Assembly (NCBI RefSeq): GCF_019603315.1
Contig: NZ_CP080649.1
Span: forward strand, 1,970,176 to 1,994,175
Length of the DNA: 24,000 nucleotides
Source: Ruficoccus sp. ZRK36
Lineage (GTDB): Bacteria > Verrucomicrobiota > Verrucomicrobiia > Opitutales > Cerasicoccaceae
Direction: 5' to 3'
Shown here: positions 23,985 to 24,000 of the stretch, piece by piece
Numbering within the stretch: position 1 is the stretch's first letter
Layout: every line of letters starts with the position of its first letter
Made by a program: the position numbers and the translations under genes
Notes under the pieces: model-generated
Seen by the model: only the letters and a program-made list of their open reading frames with translations
Database searches by the model: none
Told to the model about the DNA's origin: nothing

Positions 23985-24000
23985 GGGAGGCGTGGTTGCT

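Noticed and set aside
1-24000. Scan for CRISPR arrays, IS elements, terminal inverted repeats, toxin-antitoxin pairs and known defence-system genes.
   Set aside because: No regularly spaced repeats and no transposase, integrase, nuclease or ATPase defence signatures were seen. The only sizeable repeat is the 1.2-kb tandem gene duplication.

Overview
GC-rich chromosomal window that looks like a PVC-superphylum (Verrucomicrobiota-like) genome. Supporting traits are PEP-CTERM anchors, lone prepilin-type/H-X9-DG proteins, a type II glutamine synthetase and little or no Shine-Dalgarno signal. Contents in order: (1) A plus-strand glycan-degradation cluster at 298-6845: a LamG/PEP-CTERM lectin-like protein, a 2xCBM + clan GH-A hydrolase, an orphan pseudopilin-like protein and an SGNH sialate-O-acetylesterase-like esterase. 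(2) A ~1.2-kb tandem duplication (6961-9276) that copies a whole transcription unit: terminator, 3' UTR, jelly-roll polysaccharide-lyase-like CDS and a long upstream region. (3) sugE/gdx behind a clear guanidine-II (mini-ykkC) riboswitch, next to tRNA-Ser(GCU). (4) Heme uptake genes hmuTUV, divergent from hmuS. (5) A divergent pair of PEP-CTERM/secreted proteins plus a second orphan pseudopilin-like gene. (6) A ~350-nt regulatory-looking island between two convergent genes. (7) glnII. (8) A ~150-aa minimal kinase-fold gene 1 nt upstream of a PP2C phosphatase. (9) pstCAB. I see no transposase, integrase, CRISPR array or recognisable defence gene. The long ORFs antisense to the called genes are GC-driven shadow ORFs. 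The four items most worth follow-up are the indel-free, codon-periodic 135-nt block upstream of both lyase-like paralogs (candidate Cys/Pro-rich micro-ORF or G4/i-motif leader), the mini-kinase/PP2C pair, the intergenic island at 17.6-17.9 kb that shares a 12-bp palindromic core with one lyase promoter, and the orphan pseudopilin genes embedded in glycan/surface-protein loci. All functional calls come from motif recognition by eye; no searches were run.
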